From the NCBI GenBank assembly GCA_964534625.1, contig CAZHRF010000039.1, positions 1 to 30,342 on the forward strand: 30,342 bases of DNA, written 5' to 3'. The DNA comes from an uncultured archaeon (lineage in GTDB: Archaea > Asgardarchaeota > Heimdallarchaeia > Heimdallarchaeales > Heimdallarchaeaceae). Under the pieces are notes generated by a model, which was not told the origin of the DNA, did no database searches, and saw nothing but the letters and a program-made list of their open reading frames with translations. A program made the position numbers and the translations under genes. Below are positions 18,733-27,221 of the stretch, piece by piece (position 1 is the stretch's first letter; each line of letters opens with the position of its first letter).

Positions 18733-20346
18733 TTGTGGCTATTACGTGTTATGGTGTGTAAAATAAAGAAAATGAATAAGCTATTCTTATTAATTGTATT
18801 ATTTTCATTGTTATTCATTAAGCCAATTGAAGGAATAACAACTTTTTCCAATCAAACACATAGCAATGGTATAGATTCAAATTTCCCCCTCAAGGAAGAT
18901 TTAAACCCAACTCAAATACTTAAAAACAAATTGATTGAAAATGAGAATAGCCTCTTTCTTCTTGATGAATCACCGAGTATCGTCGAACAGGTGCCAAGTA
19001 CAGAATCCCAAGTAGGCGATATAGTGTATTTTAATGCAATAGTCGATTTTGATACTTACGAATATACTATTATTGAAGCTCAGTTAATGGCTATAGGTGA
19101 ACACAGTTATGTATACTTAGAACGTGAGCGCGTAACAAGTTCTTCTACTGAAGAAGCAGAAAAATGGGGTGATGAATTTGACAATAAAATTTATTCTTCA
19201 AACATTGAATATTTTGGTCATCCCGATGGTGATTTAGGGGATATAGATGGTGATCCCCGTGTTACTATCTTCCTTTTAGATTTAGGTTCACAAATTGCTG
19301 GATACTTTGACCCTGTTCATGAATATTCTAATACATATTATAGCGTTTCAAATCAAAGAGAGATGCTCTTTATTAATGATATATTAACTGCTGACACAAG
19401 TGGTTTTAGAGTATTGGCTCATGAATTCCAACATCTTATTCACTTTAATCACGATCCATATGAATTATGGTTTATTGATGAGGGATGTGCAGAATTGGCT
19501 GCTTATATCAATGGATACTTAGATCCTAATACAAACTTAACTTCATTTGCTCGAGATCATTTTGCTTCAAATCCTCACAATTCTTTATTGTACTGGAATT
19601 ATTTTTCAGTAGGCGGATATGATGTGAGGATAGATTATGGAGGTGCATATCTTTTCATGTTTTACATAGCAGAAAAATATGGGGCAGAGACAGTTAAAGA
19701 TATTGTATCTAACACGTTAGTAGGGGCAGAAGGTATAGAAGAATCATTAAAAAATAATGGACAAACTATCAGTTTTAATCAGTTATATTTAAACTGGATA
19801 ACAGCTTTAACGATTGATGAACCAAGTATTGAAGAAGGATTATATGGATTCGAGAACATAGAATTTACTATTACAGCCTACAGTAGCTATTCTTCTTTTC
19901 CAACACAGGATATCAAAAGACATGTTTTCTATGGTTTTAACATAGCTAAAATAGATAATATGACGAAAAATCATCTGAGATTTGAAATTGATCACCCGGG
20001 AACCTCCTATGGAATTGGTATGTCTATGATCGTAAAGGATACAAATGGATGGAGTATTTATCATGACTTAAAAGATGAAAGTCTGTCTTGGGTTATGAAT
20101 GGAACGATGGTACAAAAAGGATATATTATAACAAGTATTATGAGTATGACTACTCCATTCATAAGTTACTATAATTGGAAAAATCAAATGGGATTAGGAT
20201 TTTCTACTAACCTCAATTATTCAATGCAAGAAGTTGATATAGAAGAAAGTCCTTTTGATATTCTTCAAACACCAATGATTCATAATGTTATAGGTTTGGC
20301 AGTTGTAGCTATTTTTATCATAGTGGTGAAAAGAAAAAAAAGATAA
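18733..20346 (+). CDS. Secreted membrane-anchored zinc metalloprotease (M30/hyicolysin-like)
   Basis: Signal peptide (likely start ATG 18772), DIDGDPRV, AGYF, LAHEFQHLIH, WFIDEGCAE, and C-terminal TM + KRKKR. Confidence 0.85.
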   Translation: MWLLRVMVCKIKKMNKLFLLIVLFSLLFIKPIEGITTFSNQTHSNGIDSNFPLKEDLNPTQILKNKLIENENSLFLLDESPSIVEQVPSTESQVGDIVYFNAIVDFDTYEYTIIEAQLMAIGEHSYVYLERERVTSSSTEEAEKWGDEFDNKIYSSNIEYFGHPDGDLGDIDGDPRVTIFLLDLGSQIAGYFDPVHEYSNTYYSVSNQREMLFINDILTADTSGFRVLAHEFQHLIHFNHDPYELWFIDEGCAELAAYINGYLDPNTNLTSFARDHFASNPHNSLLYWNYFSVGGYDVRIDYGGAYLFMFYIAEKYGAETVKDIVSNTLVGAEGIEESLKNNGQTISFNQLYLNWITALTIDEPSIEEGLYGFENIEFTITAYSSYSSFPTQDIKRHVFYGFNIAKIDNMTKNHLRFEIDHPGTSYGIGMSMIVKDTNGWSIYHDLKDESLSWVMNGTMVQKGYIITSIMSMTTPFISYYNWKNQMGLGFSTNLNYSMQEVDIEESPFDILQTPMIHNVIGLAVVAIFIIVVKRKKR

Positions 20347-20423
20347 TTTCTTTATTGTTTATATCTGTGATAGGAAAATGAGGAAAACTCATAGATAACC
20401 TATTACTTTTTTCATTACATTTT

Positions 20424-20531
20424 TAGTACTTCCGAATTAAGGAAAAAATTAAGGTGTCTATCTATTTACACGCTTTACTGATTTTTTTATGCTGTACGTT
20501 ATGGGATTAAAGCGCCATTTTAGAAATACTA
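20424..20531. mobile_element. MITE, copy 2 (108 bp, diverged)
   Basis: Left end TAGTACTTCCGAA, right end TTTAGAAATACTA (3 mismatches). 5-bp direct repeat ATTTT at 20419-20423 and 20532-20536. The interior aligns by eye to the reverse complement of 6526-6634. Confidence 0.85.
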
Positions 20532-20640
20532 ATTTTGCTATCTCTCCAGTAAAAATTGATAATAAGGAAAAACTGTAAAGACTTTACTTAAAACAGGTAA
20601 GAAAATTACCCAGATAAGGTTTTTAAACTAGTTTTTAGGA

Positions 20641-21393
20641 ATGAATAATATGGTTGTTATTCCAACAATAGATATTATATGGGCAGCCATCATAGGTTAT
20701 ATTTTGGGTTCAATTCCCACCTCTTTATTACTTGTAAAATGGCTGTGTGATGGATTAGATATCCGGACTGTAGGTTCGGGTAACGTAGGCGGGAGAAATT
20801 TATATCGTTCTCTCAAACATGTAGGAAAACCTGACAAAGTAGCTTATCCTTGGTTCTTTTTTGTCGCTGTTTTTGATATAGCAAAAGGATATCTTGCTAT
20901 GCTTCTAAGTCAGTTCTTGTCTTTTAGTACACAATTTGGGCAATCAGATCCATGGGTTATATGTTTTGCTGCTGTCTTCGCTGTTTTAGGCCATAATTGG
21001 CCAATCTGGTTATTGGGACCAGGAGGAAGAGGTGTAGCAAGTTCATTAGGTATCATAACTTTTTTCAATCCTCTATTTCTGCTAATTTGGTTGTTGAGTT
21101 TTGTAATAGTTGGTTCAATTGTAATGTATAGTGCTATAACTTATCTGTTAGTTTTTATAATCATGGGTATTGTGCTGTATTTTTGGCCTATAAGTTGGCT
21201 GGTTTCACCCATCGCCAATCATGTTGATGATACGACTGGTTTTGGTCTGATAGCAATGATTACTTTGTTTGCTATGACACTAGTGATCTTATCACGTCAG
21301 CGTGCAAATTTTGTAAAAATTATAAATGGTGAAGCCAAAAAGATGAAGATTTGGAAAGTTTTTATAGGGAAATTTGGAGAAGCATTCAAATAA
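20641..21393 (+). CDS. plsY: PlsY-like glycerol-3-phosphate acyltransferase family membrane protein
   Basis: GYILGSIP, motif 1 GSGNVGGRN..R, DIAKG, GHNWP and motif 2 GGRGVA. Motif 3 reads RQRAN instead of RHxxN. Confidence 0.85.
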   Translation: MNNMVVIPTIDIIWAAIIGYILGSIPTSLLLVKWLCDGLDIRTVGSGNVGGRNLYRSLKHVGKPDKVAYPWFFFVAVFDIAKGYLAMLLSQFLSFSTQFGQSDPWVICFAAVFAVLGHNWPIWLLGPGGRGVASSLGIITFFNPLFLLIWLLSFVIVGSIVMYSAITYLLVFIIMGIVLYFWPISWLVSPIANHVDDTTGFGLIAMITLFAMTLVILSRQRANFVKIINGEAKKMKIWKVFIGKFGEAFK

Positions 21394-21399
21394 AATAAA

Positions 21400-21500
21400 A
21401 TTTCCTTCATTCTTTTTCTTTATTCTTATTCTTATTCTTATTCTTTTCCTTTTCCTTTTCCTTTTTTCTTCTTGTCTTTTTCTTTTGTCTTCTTTATTTT
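21400..21500 (+). repeat. Pyrimidine-rich microsatellite (TTCTTA)n / (TTTTCC)n, probably also a U-rich terminator
   Basis: Runs of hexamer repeats directly after the plsY stop codon. Confidence 0.6.
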
Positions 21501-21623
21501 TGAATAAACCCCTTCTTCTTATTTCCACGCTAATAAATGGATTTCAGCTTATGAATTCCTTTGATAAATGATGGTCTTTTTATATTGATGCATGGTACTA
21601 GTATATTAGAGACGTGACAAAAA

Positions 21624-22271
21624 ATGAAAATTGAGAATTTAGCAATTAAGAAAAATTCTGCATTATTAGTCATCGACATGCAAAATGATTTTTTACCTGG
21701 AGGAGATCTAGCTGTAGAAAATGGCGATGAGATAATTGATGACATCAATTTGGTTAGTCAAATGTTTTTCAAAAATAATTATCCTGTAATTTTTACTCAG
21801 GATTGGCATCCAAAAGATCATAAATCTTTTGCCAGCGCTCATCCAAATAAAGAACCCGGCGATTCCATTGATACACCTGGATTAGGACCCATCCTATGGC
21901 CTGATCATTGTGTTCAAGGAACCATGGGAGCACAAATTAACAAATCAGTAAATACCAAACGAGGAATTGCAATAATAAGGAAAGGATATAGAAAAGAAAT
22001 TGATAGTTACTCAGCTTTTTATGAAAACGACAAAAAAACGTCAACAGGTCTTAGTGGATTCTTGAAAGAACTTGGTGTAGAAACAGTCTATGTGTGTGGT
22101 TTAGCCTTAGATTACTGTTGTTTTTATTCTGCAATGGATGCAAAGAAAGAAAGATTTAATGTTATTTTTCTCAAAGATTTAACAAGAGGAATAGATGAAC
22201 CTAAAGGTAATGTTGATGAATCTATCAAAAAAATGAAAGAGAAGCAAATAGAAATTCTAACCTTTGACTAA
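21624..22271 (+). CDS. pncA: Nicotinamidase/pyrazinamidase
   Basis: IDMQNDF.PGG.LAV, QDWHP..H.SF, WPDHCVQGT, KG...DSYSAF and GLALDYC motifs. Confidence 0.95.
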   Translation: MKIENLAIKKNSALLVIDMQNDFLPGGDLAVENGDEIIDDINLVSQMFFKNNYPVIFTQDWHPKDHKSFASAHPNKEPGDSIDTPGLGPILWPDHCVQGTMGAQINKSVNTKRGIAIIRKGYRKEIDSYSAFYENDKKTSTGLSGFLKELGVETVYVCGLALDYCCFYSAMDAKKERFNVIFLKDLTRGIDEPKGNVDESIKKMKEKQIEILTFD

Positions 22272-22354
22272 TAAAAAGAAAAAGAATTGAATGTTTTTTC
22301 TCTTTTTGCCTCTTTCTAAATTCATAGAGCATTTGTTTTCTAGTATGCCATTAG

Positions 22355-23506
22355 CTAACTTTTTGGTGCTTGTAGTATTAGGACACTCTTGAGTGATTCT
22401 TCAATCATCTCAGAAAGAAGTTGTCCCCCTTCGGGTGTTAAATTAATGTAATCAGAATTGATTTGAATAATCAAACTTTCTTCTTCTTGAATCTTTTGAA
22501 GCAAGAAATGTAAAACTGTCTCTAATGTTTTATCAAAACGCCCACCAAAAACATATGCATTAAGAATACCATGATTTACCACTCCTACAACTTGATCTCC
22601 AAAAATTACTGTGTTTAACTCAGACTTTTCTCGAACGATTTCTTCTAATACTTTCTCTATACCTGCCATAACAGACGCTGTAAGATCTGGAGAAATATCG
22701 TAAGAAGACATTTTTGAATCGTAGTAATAAACAGGTAAGCCACTAGATGTTGTAATCATTAGTTGGTCAACTTTTGCATTTGATACCATGATATTGAAGG
22801 GATCCATCAAAACAGTTAATGACCAAATGAACCATCCAATATCAAACATAATCGGTCGTATTAGAGAAACCAGTCCAGCTGATGTAAATGCAGCAAGAAA
22901 GGCCCAAATTAATACAAATGAGAACCCTACAATTTGCATACCTAATTGCCATCGCATTTTCTTATCTGTTGATTTTCTTATTTTATAAGCTAAGGGGAAA
23001 ATGAATGATCCTAAAAAGAAGAGTATGAGGGGAAAAATAAATAACATTACAAAAGGGCTGTATGAAGCTGACCATGAATTCACTTCCTGTATATAAACAA
23101 TTGTTGTAAAATCAGGGTAAACCAATGCAAACACTAACGCTCCTCCCAAAAAAGAAATAAAATTCAAAATTGGATGAAATCTATTCGTTCTAATATAAAT
23201 AAATGATGCAAAAATAATTATTATACCAGCAATCAAAAAAATGTTATCAATCGCCCAAAGGAGTTCGACGATACCTACATCACTAGTTGTTCCTAAATCT
23301 GATAAGACTATATAATTTTCAGGAAAAAAAGCAGTTATAAATTTAAGAGCTGAAGCGATCCACTGAAAAAACAAACCGATGCTTAGCATAATATGAGGGA
23401 GATATTTTGTCTTCTTATAGGTCCATAGAAGAATTAGAGAACCTGACATTAAAGCTATTGTATCAATAACAATTAAAACTATAGAATATAGACTAACCAT
23501 TTGCAC
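22355..23506 (-). CDS. 7TM membrane protein fused to a C-terminal longin/roadblock-like domain
   Basis: About seven hydrophobic segments, followed by a ~140-aa soluble domain LMITTSSGLPVYY...DLTASVMAGIEKVLEEI. Confidence 0.7.
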   Translation of the reverse strand: MQMVSLYSIVLIVIDTIALMSGSLILLWTYKKTKYLPHIMLSIGLFFQWIASALKFITAFFPENYIVLSDLGTTSDVGIVELLWAIDNIFLIAGIIIIFASFIYIRTNRFHPILNFISFLGGALVFALVYPDFTTIVYIQEVNSWSASYSPFVMLFIFPLILFFLGSFIFPLAYKIRKSTDKKMRWQLGMQIVGFSFVLIWAFLAAFTSAGLVSLIRPIMFDIGWFIWSLTVLMDPFNIMVSNAKVDQLMITTSSGLPVYYYDSKMSSYDISPDLTASVMAGIEKVLEEIVREKSELNTVIFGDQVVGVVNHGILNAYVFGGRFDKTLETVLHFLLQKIQEEESLIIQINSDYINLTPEGGQLLSEMIEESLKSVLILQAPKS

Positions 23507-23638
23507 TCAGATATTGAAATACAAATAAAATATTTTAATATATCTAAATGGGTAGTATTAACCCTATTGAAATAAAAAATAGGAAAATAAAAAAGTTACA
23601 AAAAGAAAATTGATAAGTAAATTTCCCTTATCCCAGTT

Positions 23639-24577
23639 TTATAATGTTACTGTTATTTCTAATTCTCTTACAAGTTCTTTATATCGATTTCTTACCGTTA
23701 CTTCTGTTACTGTTGCCGTTTCAGCTATCTCTCGTTGTGTCCTACGCTCACCTTCAGTAATACCTGCTATATAAATAGCCGCTGCAGCTAACCCCGTAGG
23801 ATCTTTTCCTGCTGTTAAATTGTGTTCTTTAGCACGATCCAAAAGTTCAATTGCTTTTTTAGCTGTTCTGCCACTCAAACGGAGTTCTGCGGAAAAACGG
23901 ACGATATAGTCACTAGGATTAGCTAGGGGTATTTTAATATTTAATTGTCTAACTATTAACCTATAACATCGACCTAATTCTTTCTTTGAAATACGAGAAT
24001 GCTCACTCATCTCGTCCAATGTTCGGGGAACACGACGAATTCTTGCAGCTGCATAGGCTACGGCGCCAATCATAGCTTCAATGGAACGACCACGAATAAG
24101 GCGCTGTTCAATTGCTTTCCGATATATGCTTGCAGCAGTTTCGTTCACACTCTTGGGAAGACCTAATTGTGATGATAATCTATCTAATTCTGACATTGCA
24201 TAGGCTAGATTTCTATCTATCGAACTGTGAACTCGAGTACGAATTTGCCATTTACGTAATCGATAAATTTGTGCCCTACGCTTGGGAGAAAGCTTTTTCC
24301 CATATACGTCCCTATCTTCCCAGCCTATCTGTGTTGATAATCCCTTGTCATGAATTGTTATAGAAGTTGGACTTCCCACCCTGCTCCTTTTACTCCTCTC
24401 TTCCGAAGTAAACGCCCTCCATTCTGGTCCATCGTCAATCATTTTATCATCGACTATTGTTCCACAATTTCTACATATCTTATCGCCTTTATGCACATCT
24501 TGAATTACATCTTCCGATCCACACTCGGGACAAATAACTTTTTCTTGTTCAAAACCATCAGAATCACTATTACTCAT
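23639..24577 (-). CDS. tfb: Transcription initiation factor IIB (TFB)
   Basis: CPECG..CRNCG Zn ribbon, GPEWRAF B-finger, RGRS, GKDP and VTEVTVRNRYKEL. Confidence 0.98.
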   Translation of the reverse strand: MSNSDSDGFEQEKVICPECGSEDVIQDVHKGDKICRNCGTIVDDKMIDDGPEWRAFTSEERSKRSRVGSPTSITIHDKGLSTQIGWEDRDVYGKKLSPKRRAQIYRLRKWQIRTRVHSSIDRNLAYAMSELDRLSSQLGLPKSVNETAASIYRKAIEQRLIRGRSIEAMIGAVAYAAARIRRVPRTLDEMSEHSRISKKELGRCYRLIVRQLNIKIPLANPSDYIVRFSAELRLSGRTAKKAIELLDRAKEHNLTAGKDPTGLAAAAIYIAGITEGERRTQREIAETATVTEVTVRNRYKELVRELEITVTL

Positions 24578-24955
24578 AAATAATCACAACCCACTAAGCA
24601 ATATTATCCTATGAAACATTAAAACAGACTGAATTATATTGCACCTATATTGAATTGTAATCATAACAATCATTTTTTGCAATCTGCTGAAATGCTCCCT
24701 TAAATTTAGTTGCTCTGTGTCTCTTAATCAATTTATAAACTTATTGGATATATTTAAATGTTTCGGTTATCTGTTTATTTATCTGGCTAAAAACAAGGTG
24801 AAACCGACAAAAAAAGAAAAAGAGTTTTGAACAATATATTTCTAAAAATATTTATATAAGTATAAGGAACGAATAAAAGAAAAGGCAGATCTAAAAGAAT
24901 GATTTGTAATTGAATACTTGATTACGGATAAGAAGCGCAAGGGAGTACTATAAAG

Positions 24956-25960
24956 ATGAGAAGCATGGTAACCGATTTTGTTAATACTACCAAAAGAGAA
25001 TTTTATGCAAAGAGAGTTTTATTATCTTTCACCTGTTTTTATTTTGTTTATTTGCTCGTTTTATCAACAATTAGCAAGAAAAATGCTTTTTCTCTTACTC
25101 TCATTTCAGGTGCTCTATTATTTTTAATAGTTATAATGTCAATTGCTTTTACAAGAATAACATTTTTTCATAAATATAGTCTATCAAACTCGATGGTCGG
25201 TTCTTTTTTAGATCTCTTTCCATTATTTCTCCTTTGGTTTGGATATGAAAGTTTTTCTAAAGTAAAAGAAAATCTCCTTTATCACAGAGTCAACACTTTG
25301 TGGCTATATGAGACTGAACAATTTCTCTTCAGATGGCTATTCAATTCCTCACCAAATGAATGGTTTGCAACAACTTTTAACTCTCCAATAGTCGATTTAT
25401 TCTTTGGCTTGTTCTATTTATTACATGTATTTCCTCCATTTGTTTTAACAGTTTTTTTCATTCTAAAAAAAGATAAATTCAACTATTTTTATCTCATGTA
25501 CAATTTGTTATTGTTTTGTTTATTGTGTTACATTACATTTGTGATATTTCCAACAAGTCCGCCGTGGTACTTTCGAGAATATGGAACAATAAAACCCTCT
25601 GTTGGTATTAACTATTCTGAACATGTCGTTGCTGACTTAAAACGGGCAGAAAGTTTACTGGGAATACCGATTTTCTCTTTTTATTATGGGAATTTTGAAT
25701 CTAACGCTTTTGCAGCTTTACCGAGTATGCACGCAGGGCTTATGTATGTATCCACTTTTTCTACAGCCAAAAAAGAGAAGAAAACACTGTGGATTATGAT
25801 CCCCTTTACTCTAATTATATTATTTGGGGCGCTCTATTTCTATCATCATTATATACTTGACTTGCTAGTAGCTGGTATATATGCTATTATTTCGCATTAT
25901 ACTACGCTTATCCTTTGCAAAAAAACGATGGAAGATGATATACATAAAGAGGCGGAGTAG
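24956..25960 (+). CDS. PAP2-superfamily protein of the Aur1/inositolphosphorylceramide synthase-like (PAP2_3) type
   Basis: FPTSPPWY, FAALPSMH and HHYILDL motifs. Multi-TM. Confidence 0.85.
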   Translation: MRSMVTDFVNTTKREFYAKRVLLSFTCFYFVYLLVLSTISKKNAFSLTLISGALLFLIVIMSIAFTRITFFHKYSLSNSMVGSFLDLFPLFLLWFGYESFSKVKENLLYHRVNTLWLYETEQFLFRWLFNSSPNEWFATTFNSPIVDLFFGLFYLLHVFPPFVLTVFFILKKDKFNYFYLMYNLLLFCLLCYITFVIFPTSPPWYFREYGTIKPSVGINYSEHVVADLKRAESLLGIPIFSFYYGNFESNAFAALPSMHAGLMYVSTFSTAKKEKKTLWIMIPFTLIILFGALYFYHHYILDLLVAGIYAIISHYTTLILCKKTMEDDIHKEAE

Positions 25961-26114
25961 ATAGACCAAATTATGCTAGTTCATTTTATCTGCCATTCTT
26001 CTAGGCAAATATTTGAATTTTTATATTTCTCATCACAAGACATGCCGCTATGCTAAACATTTATTTATGTGTATAATTCAACATATAACAATCAACATAA
26101 GCTGAGGTATACAT

Positions 26115-26270
26115 ATGAGTGAAGAAAAAAAGATTGATGAAGAATTGAAAAAAGAATTACTCGGTAAAGCCCAAGAAGAGCAATCAAAAAGAGAAAAAAG
26201 AAAGAAAGATTTTGAGGAAGCATCAAAAAACTTAGAAGGCAAAATTCCTACTAAAAAGAAGGAAGAATAA
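26115..26270 (+). CDS. Small, highly charged protein (51 aa)
   Basis: MSEEKKIDEELKKELLGKAQEEQSKREKRKKDFEEASKNLEGKIPTKKKEE*. GAGGT SD at 26104-26108 and a T-rich tract downstream. Absent from the ORF track. Confidence 0.75.
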   Translation: MSEEKKIDEELKKELLGKAQEEQSKREKRKKDFEEASKNLEGKIPTKKKEE

Positions 26271-26428
26271 GGCATAACGCTACTTTCGTATTTCTCTCTT
26301 ATTTTATTTCTTTTTCAGTGTATTTCTTGTTTTCTAAGTTTACTTTTTGATTTATGAAATTATTCAACAAACGGGTCTGTAGCCGACACTAGAGTTAAAG
26401 TTATTATTGTGTTTAACTCAGTCTTTTT

Positions 26429-27148
26429 ATGTCATCTAAAACAAAAGAACTCTTGGAAACATTTATTAGAAATTATGAAAATAAAAAGACCGATAAGCAT
26501 TTTTCTCTTGTTAAAATATCCGTTGATTCTACAGAAGGTATTGAAATATTTTATTTAATCAATAAACCCGATAAAATTGAACTTATATCTGCTGAACAGT
26601 CCAATACATCGTACAGTACGGAATTTGATATAGGTATAAAACTTACAGAAGAAACCCTTACCAAATTATCTATAGGTGCTTATTCACCTCTTACAGCTGC
26701 TGGACGGGCTAATGTACATGAACCCGCTCCGCTTGATTTTGAACTCCCACCTGGAAAACAGTTTTCAATGGAGTTATATCATGCAATAATTCAGTTTATT
26801 CAACGTTTTTTCAACCCCTTTGTTCCAGAGAAAATATTTATTGATCCTAATAATACACGCAAAGTACATGGGGCCGATGTTGTTGCTCTTTTCGCTGGTG
26901 AAGGATTTAGGAGTGGATTTTATAGTGTCAAAAAAGGAGATAGATTAAATGAACCTAGTGACACTAATCCTTTTCCACAGGCTTTTATTATCCTTTCAGG
27001 TGAGGGGAAAGCAAAAATTGGATCTATAGTTACTGATCTCTTACCTAACCAAGCCATATATGTACCCCCTAATTCAGAGCATACAATATGGACAGAGAAA
27101 GATGAACCTGTTACTTTAATTTGGTTTGCTTGGGGAAAAGGAGCATAA
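26429..27148 (+). CDS. Cupin-domain protein with an N-terminal SCP2-like domain
   Basis: C-terminal cupin (QAFIILSGEG...AIYVPPNSEH). N-terminal pattern LTEETLTKLSIGAYSPLTA resembles SCP2. Confidence 0.7.
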   Translation: MSSKTKELLETFIRNYENKKTDKHFSLVKISVDSTEGIEIFYLINKPDKIELISAEQSNTSYSTEFDIGIKLTEETLTKLSIGAYSPLTAAGRANVHEPAPLDFELPPGKQFSMELYHAIIQFIQRFFNPFVPEKIFIDPNNTRKVHGADVVALFAGEGFRSGFYSVKKGDRLNEPSDTNPFPQAFIILSGEGKAKIGSIVTDLLPNQAIYVPPNSEHTIWTEKDEPVTLIWFAWGKGA

Positions 27149-27221
27149 TATCCAAAGAAAGAGGTGATTAAGAGGAGAGGGAACAAATTTTAAATACTCT
27201 ATTTTTTTCTTCATTTCTGAT

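Noticed and set aside
21292-21571. Arg/Lys-rich (-) and hydrophobic (+) ORFs
   Set aside because: Both are translations of the pyrimidine microsatellite, not credible genes.
26078-26275. 65-aa minus-strand Ser/Phe-rich ORF
   Set aside because: It is the antisense of the SD-bearing 51-aa ORF at 26115-26270.
288-27186. Many short antisense or overlapping ORFs in the track (e.g. 288-485, 1099-1296, 1519-1779, 9586-10422, 15345-15722, 24112-24583, 26920-27186)
   Set aside because: They are shadows of well-supported genes on the opposite strand or in another frame, with no motifs.
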